From Opitutia bacterium (GTDB lineage: Bacteria; Verrucomicrobiota; Verrucomicrobiia; Opitutales; Opitutaceae): 64,000 nt of DNA. The stretch lies in assembly GCA_947478395.1 (NCBI GenBank), contig CANJVR010000003.1, positions 192,001-256,000 on the forward strand, in the 5' to 3' direction. The position numbers and the translations under genes were made by a program. Shown here one piece after another: positions 55,666 to 64,000 of the stretch (within the stretch, counting starts at the first letter, position 1; every line of letters starts with the position of its first letter). The notes below the pieces were generated by a model that was given only the letters and a program-made list of their open reading frames with translations, made no database searches and was not told where the DNA came from.

Positions 55666-57027
55666 TCATTTACCGATGCAGAAGGTCGCAAACAATCTAT
55701 CCAGCACTTGCTCGTGATCAATTTTACCGCCGATTTCGCCCAACGCATCGAGCGCCGCTCGTAGGTCGCTGGCAAGGAGTTCAGCGGAAATCCCTTTCTG
55801 AAGCTTACTGCTAGCTTCAACCAAGGCCGAAAGCATGCGGCGAAGGGCCTCGGCGTGACGGACATTTATCGCCACCGCGTCATCACCGAGATCTTGCTGC
55901 AGTGAATCCGCCAGACGGGCTAAATTTTCCCGCAGATTTTCCAAACCTTCCCCGGTGAGTGCGGAAAATTCAACCGAGGGAAACCCATGGCCCACACTGT
56001 TCGACGGGATAAGCTGGTCCCGAACCAAGTCGGATTTATTTAGGACAAGCACAGTCGGTTTAGACTTCAGCAGCGCCTGCAATTCAATCGGAAGGATTGG
56101 CACTGGGAGGGTTGAATCGACTACCCACAAAAAAATATCGGCTGCGTTGGCGCATTCGAGCGTCTTTTCAATTCCAAGCCCTTCGAGCGGGGCAGGGGAA
56201 TCGTTCAACCCGGCCGTATCGATTAACCTCAAACCGTGGGGTCCAATCATAATCCGCTCTTCGATAAAGTCGCGAGTAGTTCCAGGCTCGGGACTTACGA
56301 GAGCGCGTTCACGTCCTACCATTCGATTAAGCAAGCTGCTCTTACCCGCATTCGGTGCGCCTAAAATTACCGTTTTGATTCCTTCGCGGAGCAATTCACC
56401 GTAGGTATTGGTCGCCAATAACGTCTCCGCATCGCTCAAAATGCTTTGGAGCTGCGCAGCGATCGCAGAACGATCCTCCGCCGGCAAATCCTCCTCGGGG
56501 AAATCGATGTACGCCTCGATTCGGGCCACCGCGTCCAAAAGTCCATCCGCCAGTCGCGTCACCCGCCGGCCCAACGCGCCCCGCAACAATCCGTTCGCGG
56601 CCGTCAACGCGCGCTCACTTCGCGCGTAAATCAAGTCCATCACCGCCTCCGCCTGGGTAAGATCCATGCGCCCGCTCAAAAACGCGCGCTGAGTGAACTC
56701 GCCAGGCTCGGCCATTCGGCAGCCTCGCGCGCACAGATCGCCCAAAATCTTTTGCGCGATGAAGGGGTTACCGTGACAGGATATCTCCAGGGAATCCTCG
56801 CCGCTGTAAGAGCGTGGTCCTTCAAAAAAAATGAAAACCACGTCATCCAGCAAACGCCCATCGCGGTCATGATAATCCCGATACCGGGCAACTCTCGGCC
56901 GTGGGCCTTCCGCAAAAATCTCCCGGACCAGTCGCCCGCAGTCCCCGCCGCTCACCCGCAGTAACGCAATCGCGGCCGTGCCCACCGGCGTGGCCAGCGC
57001 ACAAATCGTTTCGCGTTCGATGGACAT
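55666..57027 (-). CDS. mnmE: tRNA modification GTPase (TrmE)
   Basis: TICALAT, PGEFTQRAFL.GR.DL.QAE, GAPNAGKS, GTTRD, DTAG, NKSD, FCIGK. Confidence 0.98.
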   Translation of the reverse strand: MSIERETICALATPVGTAAIALLRVSGGDCGRLVREIFAEGPRPRVARYRDYHDRDGRLLDDVVFIFFEGPRSYSGEDSLEISCHGNPFIAQKILGDLCARGCRMAEPGEFTQRAFLSGRMDLTQAEAVMDLIYARSERALTAANGLLRGALGRRVTRLADGLLDAVARIEAYIDFPEEDLPAEDRSAIAAQLQSILSDAETLLATNTYGELLREGIKTVILGAPNAGKSSLLNRMVGRERALVSPEPGTTRDFIEERIMIGPHGLRLIDTAGLNDSPAPLEGLGIEKTLECANAADIFLWVVDSTLPVPILPIELQALLKSKPTVLVLNKSDLVRDQLIPSNSVGHGFPSVEFSALTGEGLENLRENLARLADSLQQDLGDDAVAINVRHAEALRRMLSALVEASSKLQKGISAELLASDLRAALDALGEIGGKIDHEQVLDRLFATFCIGK

Positions 57028-57106
57028 CCCGCTCAGGCAACGCTGCGCCTCAGCGAATGCAAAACGAAATCCTCCGGCGACCGGAAATCTCCGGGCTGAC
57101 GCGCGG

Positions 57107-58378
57107 CTATTTTCCCGTCACTACAATAGGACTTACGCGCGCGCCATCCACGATTTTATCCCCGGGATAAACCACCACTTGGTCACCCTCCCTCAGGCCA
57201 TCCTCGATCACCGTCTCCAGCCCGTTGCCTCGATTCACCTTCACGGTGCGCAGTCGCACAAGGCCACCCTCCAGCACAAAGGCCTGCCAAGTATTGCCAT
57301 GTTGAAAAAGCGCTCCCGCCGGCGCCTTTAAAATATCGTGTCCTTCCCAAACGACGATGCGCGCCTCCACTCGAAAATTATCACCTAGAGCACGGCGTTT
57401 CTCAAAGGGGTCGATAAAATCGACGACAACGTAAACCCGTTGCTCTTCCACTCCCAGCGCTGAGATTTTGGTGTAGGCCGACGGCTCGACCCATCGCACT
57501 TGCGCGGAGAGTGGGGTAGGGCCGCCCCATTGCTCAAGCTGCACGCGCGCTCCCGGTTGAATCGTGACGCCGTCACGCGATAACACTTCGATGCGCGCTT
57601 CGAGATCAGCCGGATCGCCCACTTCAAGGAGTGGAAACCCCGCCGGCACGAGCCGTTCGCTTTCTTGCATAACTCGCAAAATCCGACCGCTCACCGGCGA
57701 TTTTATCACCAGCGGCTCCCCACGTCCACCTGCGCTCTCGGGCTGACCGCGCGTCAGGACGGCCCGTGCTTGCGCCCATTCAAACTCCGCCACCTGGACC
57801 GCAAATTCCGTCGCGCGCTCCTCCTGAGCGGTCGTCGTGGCGCGCAGCTCCGCCGTGTCGAATTCCTGGCGCGAAAGGGTACCCGCTTTAAACAAGATCT
57901 GCTGGCGGGCAAAGTCATCCCGCTGCATTTTTGCGTTCGCCGCGGCGCTCGCTCGCTGGGCGGCAACTTGTTCCCGCATCGCCTCGGCCGCGCGCACTCT
58001 CGCTTCGGCCTGCGCTTGGCCGCGCGCATCGAGCAGATCCGCCCCACCGGATTCCAGCACGGCGAGAACCGTTTTCCCCGCTTCCACGGTTGCACCCGCT
58101 TTCCATTCGATTCGGCGGAGCTGCCCAGCGACCGGGCTGGTGATGACGTAGCGATTCTTCACCCGCGTCATGCCTTCTTCGTTCACCGTCACCGCCAAAT
58201 CGCCGCGCTTTACCTTGGCCACCTCGACGGGCTGAGGCTGCGGCCAAAGCCCCGCGACGATCAGCGCGATCAACACCGCTCCGCCCAGCCTAGGGAGGTG
58301 TCGCGTCCAAAGACGCGGGCTGGCGCCGGGTCGGCCGGAACTCGTGGGCAGATTGGGAGCGGGCAGGGGAGTATTCAT
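57107..58378 (-). CDS. Periplasmic adaptor (membrane fusion) subunit of an efflux system
   Basis: N-terminal TM; SPVAG and SPVSG lipoyl halves around a coiled coil; KISALGVEEQRV. Confidence 0.9.
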   Translation of the reverse strand: MNTPLPAPNLPTSSGRPGASPRLWTRHLPRLGGAVLIALIVAGLWPQPQPVEVAKVKRGDLAVTVNEEGMTRVKNRYVITSPVAGQLRRIEWKAGATVEAGKTVLAVLESGGADLLDARGQAQAEARVRAAEAMREQVAAQRASAAANAKMQRDDFARQQILFKAGTLSRQEFDTAELRATTTAQEERATEFAVQVAEFEWAQARAVLTRGQPESAGGRGEPLVIKSPVSGRILRVMQESERLVPAGFPLLEVGDPADLEARIEVLSRDGVTIQPGARVQLEQWGGPTPLSAQVRWVEPSAYTKISALGVEEQRVYVVVDFIDPFEKRRALGDNFRVEARIVVWEGHDILKAPAGALFQHGNTWQAFVLEGGLVRLRTVKVNRGNGLETVIEDGLREGDQVVVYPGDKIVDGARVSPIVVTGK

Positions 58379-58387
58379 ACTTTGAAT

Positions 58388-60754
58388 TCAGTCGCGGGCC
58401 TTAAGCACACCCACAAGATCGAGTCGATCAAGCCGGCGACACGCGAGCAATGCCGACGCCATCGACGCCGCCGACACAATCAACACCGCGTAGGCGAAAT
58501 TCGCCGGGGTTAGAATCAGCGGCAGGCGCACAAACTCCGTGTTAACGCTGCCGATGATCGCCCCCGCAAATGTCGCGCCTAGTACGAGCCCGATGGGCAG
58601 CGCGACCACCGTCAGCAACACCAGTTCACCCACCAAGACCGCGCCGACTTCGCGACGCGTAAACCCGATCACGCGCAACGTGGCCAGTTCGCGCTGGCGT
58701 TCACTCAGCGAAATTCGCGCGCTGTTATAAACGATGCCAAACGCCACAACCGTCGCGAAGGCCATGTAGATTTTCTGAATTAATCCGATGCTCTCCGCCG
58801 TCGTCTGGCGAAAGCCTTCACGAATCCGGTTTTTCACGACTACGCTGCCCGCGCGCGGTGCCGCCTTCATGGCCCGCAGAAAATTCGTCCACTGGCCCGC
58901 GGCGACGGTGAGATAAGCTCCGCTGATCCGATCGCCTTCTCCCAGGCGTCGATTGAGACCCTCCATCGCCATATACGCCGTCGTGCCCGCGAAATCTTCC
59001 GACAAAGCCGCCACCGGCACGACAAATTCCGGCCGCCGCCCATCCAGCACCCGCACCGTGATGGGATCGCCGAGTTTCACCCCGAGCACTTCGGCGAGCT
59101 TCATCGAAAGTACAATGCCGTCGGCGGGCAACGTGAGTTGATGCCCCACTTCATCAATCACGCGGTTCAGCTCTGCTTGAGGCGAAAGACCCAGCAAACT
59201 GAGACGGCGGAATCGATTGTCCGCGCGCAGCTCCACTGCGGCCGCGCGAACGGGCTCGGCGAACACCACTCCAGGCAAAGCGCGAAAATCATCGAGCGCA
59301 CGGGCCGGGCCCGGCTCGATCAGTGAAACAAACACGGTATGCCGTTGAATGACGTCCCACTGGTAATCGAGCACATAGCCGATCCCGTCGCGAAACGCAT
59401 TGGGGACCACTAATATTCCGGTCGCCAGCGCGAGAGCTACGCTCGTGAGCAGCGCGCGCACCGGCCGCCGCTCGATGTTTCTCAGCGCCATGCGAAACGT
59501 GGCGGTGAACGCGCGGCCCCAGCCGAGTCTTTCAAACAGCGCCGGCCGATAACTCGACGGCGGCTCGGGTCGCATCGCTTCCGCTGGTGGGAGTCGCACG
59601 GCGGCTCGCACCGCACCGGCGACGCCCACTACGGCCGCCAGTCCGCTGAAAAAAATCGCGGCGATCACCACCGATTTGGCGAGTTTAAACTCCAGCGTCG
59701 GGAACCGGAAAAACAGGTGGTACATGACGACCAGCCGCTCTCCGAGCAAGATACCGCCGAGTGTGCCGAGTACCGTGCCGGCCAAAACGATGACGAACGA
59801 AAATTTTAGATAGTGCCAGCCGATCTCCCGGTTGGAAAAACCGAATGCCTTCAAAATCGCAATCTGCTCCCGCTGCAGCGTGATCTGGCGGCCCATCACT
59901 GAATTCGTCATGAACGCGGCGACACTCAGAAACACCAGCGGAAATCCGATTGAGAGTCCCTGCAGCACTTTGATTTCATCGCGCACCCGCGTATGCGAGG
60001 GATGAGACTCTCGCCCGTACGCGCCACGCCCGCCGTAAGGAATCAAAACTCGGTCGACCGCTGCAATCACCTCGGCCTCGATCGCACCCGGTGCCAGCGT
60101 CAGCGAAAGCGTATTAAACGCACCATCGAGATTGCTCGCCGTGGCGAGTTCCTTGTACGGCATCCAAAACGTCCCGTAGGTTTTGTTATTCGGCAGCGCC
60201 GCGCCAGGAGGAGCTTCGAAGACAAACTCCGGCGACAATACGATGCCCGCTATTCGGAAGCTTTGTCGCCGCCCGTACAAAACCGCGGCGATGCCATCGC
60301 CAGGATGAAGATTATTCGCCTCCGCAAAGGCCTCGCCGGCGAGAATTTCTCCCCTCGATTCGCGCCCCTTCAAAATGCGTCCACTCCGCAGATGCAATCG
60401 GTTGAGCACCAGTTCGCCCTGCTCTGGGAGCGATTGAATCAAACCGGTCGCGGGCTCGATTACGCCAGGCAGATCGAGCGTGACCTGCAGCGCGATGCCG
60501 GCCTGCACCGCCGCCACGCCAGGGATTGCGGCCAGTTGAGCCGTCACGGAATTCGGCGCGCGTTGGAGCCGGGCGAAAATCTGCGCAAACCGGTTGTCGC
60601 GATAGTACGCATCGCGCGTCGATTCCAGAGAGACGATCAGGCTGCGCGTCATGATCATCATCGCGAGACCGCACGCCAACACGAGCGAGACCGCGAGCGC
60701 CTGCGATTTCAGCGCGCGCAAATCACGCAGCAGTTTTAAATCGAGCAGAGACAC
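58388..60754 (-). CDS. ABC transporter permease, MacB/FtsX-like (two repeats)
   Basis: KLLRDL, QREQIAILKAFG, LPPAEAMRP, ERQRELATLRVIGF; GTG start at 60754. Confidence 0.92.
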   Translation of the reverse strand: MSLLDLKLLRDLRALKSQALAVSLVLACGLAMMIMTRSLIVSLESTRDAYYRDNRFAQIFARLQRAPNSVTAQLAAIPGVAAVQAGIALQVTLDLPGVIEPATGLIQSLPEQGELVLNRLHLRSGRILKGRESRGEILAGEAFAEANNLHPGDGIAAVLYGRRQSFRIAGIVLSPEFVFEAPPGAALPNNKTYGTFWMPYKELATASNLDGAFNTLSLTLAPGAIEAEVIAAVDRVLIPYGGRGAYGRESHPSHTRVRDEIKVLQGLSIGFPLVFLSVAAFMTNSVMGRQITLQREQIAILKAFGFSNREIGWHYLKFSFVIVLAGTVLGTLGGILLGERLVVMYHLFFRFPTLEFKLAKSVVIAAIFFSGLAAVVGVAGAVRAAVRLPPAEAMRPEPPSSYRPALFERLGWGRAFTATFRMALRNIERRPVRALLTSVALALATGILVVPNAFRDGIGYVLDYQWDVIQRHTVFVSLIEPGPARALDDFRALPGVVFAEPVRAAAVELRADNRFRRLSLLGLSPQAELNRVIDEVGHQLTLPADGIVLSMKLAEVLGVKLGDPITVRVLDGRRPEFVVPVAALSEDFAGTTAYMAMEGLNRRLGEGDRISGAYLTVAAGQWTNFLRAMKAAPRAGSVVVKNRIREGFRQTTAESIGLIQKIYMAFATVVAFGIVYNSARISLSERQRELATLRVIGFTRREVGAVLVGELVLLTVVALPIGLVLGATFAGAIIGSVNTEFVRLPLILTPANFAYAVLIVSAASMASALLACRRLDRLDLVGVLKARD

Positions 60755-60767
60755 GGCGCAAAAACGT

Positions 60768-61505
60768 TCACCATTGCAGCGAATCGACGCGCACCCGCGC
60801 CGCATTGCGCCGCTCGCCAGTGATCAGACCATCAGAAAGCGTAACGACGCGGTCAGCCATGCCGGCCATAATGGAATTGTGTGTGATGATGAGCGTAAGC
60901 GTCCCGAGCTCGCGATTAATCCGCTCGATCGCCTCGAGCACGGTGACACCCGTGCGAACATCCAGCGCGCCCGTGGGTTCGTCGCACATCAGCACGGCGG
61001 GCCGCTTCGCGATGGCGCGCGCGATCGCGACGCGCTGCTGTTCGCCGCCGGATAGCTGAGCCGGAAAGTGATCCATGCGCGCGCCGAGACCGACGAGTTG
61101 CAGCGCAGCTTCGGGCGCCATTGGGTCGTTGGCGATTTCCGTGATGAGCGCGACGTTCTCTCGCGCGGTCAGGCTCGGAATCAGGTTGTAGAATTGAAAC
61201 ACAAAGCCGACGGCCTCGCGCCGGTAATGGGTGAGTCCGGCTTCGTCGGCGGCACCGAGATTCCAGCCGCGGTAGAGCAAGGTGCCGCTGGTCGGCGTGT
61301 CGAGTCCCCCAAGCAGATTTAGCAACGTCGACTTGCCGCTCCCCGAGGCGCCGAGCACGACCACGATCTCGCCGGCCTGACAGTCGAGATCGACACCCGC
61401 GAGCGCACGTACGGTGGCCTCGCCTTGGCCGTAACTTTTGGTGAGACCGCGCACGGAAAAAACCGGTGCGGATTGGGCGACTGAATCAACGGAGAGGGCG
61501 GACAT
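60768..61505 (-). CDS. ABC transporter ATP-binding protein (LolD/MacB-like)
   Basis: [31 protein letters not shown]. Confidence 0.95.
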   Translation of the reverse strand: MSALSVDSVAQSAPVFSVRGLTKSYGQGEATVRALAGVDLDCQAGEIVVVLGASGSGKSTLLNLLGGLDTPTSGTLLYRGWNLGAADEAGLTHYRREAVGFVFQFYNLIPSLTARENVALITEIANDPMAPEAALQLVGLGARMDHFPAQLSGGEQQRVAIARAIAKRPAVLMCDEPTGALDVRTGVTVLEAIERINRELGTLTLIITHNSIMAGMADRVVTLSDGLITGERRNAARVRVDSLQW

Positions 61506-61706
61506 CGCGGAAGGCGACACCGTGATTCACCACGCGATCTCTCGCAACGTACAAACCGGCGTGGACGCGCGATGTAAGCGACGGTGTCGGCGAGCAGAAC
61601 CGGCGCTTACAAGGATTATAAAAACCATTCTGAGCGTAGCGGAAACCGAAAAGGCGTTACCGCTCTTCGGCGATAGAGACTCCCAGTTTACCGTTTCGCC
61701 CTGCGC

Positions 61707-63002
61707 CTACGGCCGGTCCGGGTTGGCCAGGACCGCTTCAATCTCACGCTGAAGTTCGAGGGCGCGCTTTTCGGCGACCGGAATCTGGGCCGGCGCGCTT
61801 TTCTCCAACAGAGTCCGGATGCGTTTTTCGGCTCCGGGATCGAGCTGATAATTTTTCGCCACGATCAACCACGCGAGCGCGGCGGTATAATCCCGCGGGG
61901 TGCCGCGACCGTTCGTGAAAAGTGCGCCGGTGTTGTACATCGCCTGGATCGAGCCGCCGCGCGCCGCCTGAAGATTGAAGGCAAACACCTTCGCGTCGTC
62001 GCGTGCGACGTGCTGGCCTTTGGTGTAGAGGTCGGCGAGCAAATGCGCGGCGTCAGCACTGCCAGCTTTGGCGGCGCGCTCGAGCACGTTGAGCGCGCGG
62101 AGCGGATCGGCTGGTACCAGTTTCCCCGCGAGGAGGACCTGCCCCAACGCGGCGGCGGCGCCCGGCGAATCACGCTCTGCCGCGCGTTCGAGCGCCGCGA
62201 AATCAGGCCAGCTCAGGGTTCGGCCGGTGGGAGAAAGTACTTTTAGGAGCGGACCATCGGATGGCGCTGGGGATGCATCTACCGTCTCTGTATTCGTCGC
62301 GGGCGCGGTGGGTGGTGGCGCACCCATCACGACAAAAGCGGCGGGCGCGGGCAGGAAGTCAGCGGCTTTTTTGGCTTTCAGCTCCGCCTCAATCAGCGGC
62401 GCGCGCTTCTCGGCGGCTGCAATCCATTCCGGCCGGCGCATTTTTTCAATGCGATCGCGCACGGTGGCCTCGGTATCCTGACCCGCGCCGCGCTTCGTCG
62501 CAAGAATGAGCCAGGCCAGGCCCTCCGCGTAGTCGCGTTTCACTCCATGCGCGCCGACGTAGGCCGCGCCGACGTTGAAAAACGCTTCCGCCACGCCGCC
62601 CGCGGCCGCCGCCCGAAAATAATCGAGCGCACGGATTCGGTCCTGTTTTACGCCGAGGCCATCGTCCAGTACCATGCCGAGTCGAAACGCCGCCGAACCC
62701 ACGCCGCCGCGCGCGGCTTTTTCCAATAGGTCGAGCGCACGCGGGACGTTTTGGACGATGCCTTCGCCGCGGAGCAATTGTTGTCCGAGTTGAGCGCAGG
62801 CCTGGAAATTGTCTTGAGCGGCGAAGCTTTCGAGCTCGGCCAGATTGGACCACGGCACGCGGTCGCCCTTGGACATCAGGACCGGCGCATCATTGCCGGT
62901 CGCCGGCGGACGGGCGGCAGCCGCCACACCGGCGGACGGCGCCAGAAGGTAAATACCGGCAAAAAACAACGGACCGACGAAGGCGAATGCGCGGATTTTC
63001 AT
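61707..63002 (-). CDS. Secreted Sel1-repeat protein with two duplicated modules
   Basis: Signal peptide; repeated A..LG....G.GV..D...A..W/Y...AA..G motifs separated by a Pro-rich linker. Confidence 0.88.
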   Translation of the reverse strand: MKIRAFAFVGPLFFAGIYLLAPSAGVAAAARPPATGNDAPVLMSKGDRVPWSNLAELESFAAQDNFQACAQLGQQLLRGEGIVQNVPRALDLLEKAARGGVGSAAFRLGMVLDDGLGVKQDRIRALDYFRAAAAGGVAEAFFNVGAAYVGAHGVKRDYAEGLAWLILATKRGAGQDTEATVRDRIEKMRRPEWIAAAEKRAPLIEAELKAKKAADFLPAPAAFVVMGAPPPTAPATNTETVDASPAPSDGPLLKVLSPTGRTLSWPDFAALERAAERDSPGAAAALGQVLLAGKLVPADPLRALNVLERAAKAGSADAAHLLADLYTKGQHVARDDAKVFAFNLQAARGGSIQAMYNTGALFTNGRGTPRDYTAALAWLIVAKNYQLDPGAEKRIRTLLEKSAPAQIPVAEKRALELQREIEAVLANPDRP

Positions 63003-63018
63003 GCGACAACAGTAAACG

Positions 63019-63058
63019 AAAAAATCAGGTCGCAACGCCGGAGTGCGACCTGATTTTT
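63019..63058. terminator. Strong (potentially bidirectional) terminator downstream of recA
   Basis: AAAAATCAGGTCGCA-N9-TGCGACCTGATTTTT. Confidence 0.85.
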
Positions 63059-63087
63059 AACGCTCAATGAGCGGAGTGGGAGTGAGC

Positions 63088-64000
63088 TTACTTTTCGTCG
63101 TCGTCTACGGTTTTGGGACCGGTCGCCGTGATGACGACCTTCTCCAGGATCGCCTTCGATATTTTTTCGGCGAGCTCGGGCTTTTCCTTGAGCGCGGCTT
63201 TGGCGGCGTCGCGCCCCTGGCCGACGAGATTCCCCTCGTAGGCAATCCACGCGCCTTTCTTCTCGAGAATCTTGTGTTCGATACCGAGGTCGATAAGCGA
63301 ACCCATTTTCGAGATGCCCTCATCGTACATAATGTCGAATTCCACCTCGGTGAACGGCGGCGCGACTTTGTTCTTCACGATTTTGATCTTAGTGCGGTTG
63401 CCGATGACCTTGCCCTCCGGCGTCTTGATCTGGTCTTTGCGCCGGATGTCGATGCGGACGGAGGAGAAAAATTTCAGGGCGCGACCGCCGGACGTTGTCT
63501 CGGGGCTGCCGAACATGACGCCGATTTTTTCGCGGATCTGATTCGTGAAGATACAGACGCAGTTTGTCTTGCTGACGACCGCGGTGAGGCGGCGCATGGC
63601 TTGCGACATCAGGCGGGCCTGACTGCCCATGGTCATGTCGCCCATCTGGCCGTCGAGTTCGGCCTTCGTGATGAGGGCGGCGACGGAATCGAGCACAATG
63701 ACGTCGATCGAGTTGGAGCGGATGAGCGTCTCCATGATGTTGAGCGCGTCTTCGCCGGAGTCGGGCTGCGAAACGAGGAGGTCGTCGAGATTCACGCCGA
63801 CGACGCGGGCGTATTTCGGATCGAGGGCGTGCTCCACATCGATGAAGGCGGCGAGTCCGCCCTTTTTCTGCGCTTCGGCGATGACGCTGAGACAGAACGT
63901 GGTTTTACCGGAGGATTCCGGTCCATAAATTTCGATGATACGACCCTTGGGCAAGCCGCCGACGCCGAGGGCGAGATCGACCGCGAGGGAGCCGGTCGAG
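63088..64000 (-). CDS. recA: Recombinase A (5' end outside the window)
   Basis: [50 protein letters not shown]. Confidence 0.99.
   Translation of the reverse strand, partial: STGSLAVDLALGVGGLPKGRIIEIYGPESSGKTTFCLSVIAEAQKKGGLAAFIDVEHALDPKYARVVGVNLDDLLVSQPDSGEDALNIMETLIRSNSIDVIVLDSVAALITKAELDGQMGDMTMGSQARLMSQAMRRLTAVVSKTNCVCIFTNQIREKIGVMFGSPETTSGGRALKFFSSVRIDIRRKDQIKTPEGKVIGNRTKIKIVKNKVAPPFTEVEFDIMYDEGISKMGSLIDLGIEHKILEKKGAWIAYEGNLVGQGRDAAKAALKEKPELAEKISKAILEKVVITATGPKTVDDDEK

Overview
A GC-rich bacterial chromosomal segment made almost entirely of core and housekeeping genes. Gene content and style (Tat-exported glycoside hydrolase and Gfo/Idh/MocA proteins, RRM protein, short ATP synthase delta subunit) suggest Verrucomicrobiota, probably Opitutaceae; this is an inference. 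In order it carries: a truncated secreted FGE-sulfatase-like/PL11-like fusion gene missing from the ORF track; a Tat glycoside hydrolase; a five-gene envelope operon (PEGA, CsgG/FlgT-like, COG3014-like, YcfL, LpoB-like); purEK; mscS; terC; patB; dusB; marC; rarD; FKBP; UDG; DEAD helicase, RRM and Hsp15; upp with a nucleoside deoxyribosyltransferase and HAD; two RNA methyltransferases; oleCD; rnd; queCE; feoAAB; a complete F0F1 atp operon; trmB-mnmG-mnmE; a MacB-type ABC exporter; a Sel1 protein; and partial recA. I found no rRNA, tRNA, CRISPR array, transposase or prophage. The most striking non-genic signals are: (1) a 9-nt-periodic palindromic repeat whose ends appear to supply the GTG start codon of four genes; (2) an exact 21-bp near-palindrome present both in frame inside oleD and upstream of queC; (3) 7-nt-periodic repeat remnants translated as loops in rlmD-like and oleC genes; and (4) a parS-like site embedded in an in-frame insertion in mnmG within an AT-rich zone, suggesting origin proximity. 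All family calls come from motif recognition by eye, not from database searches.
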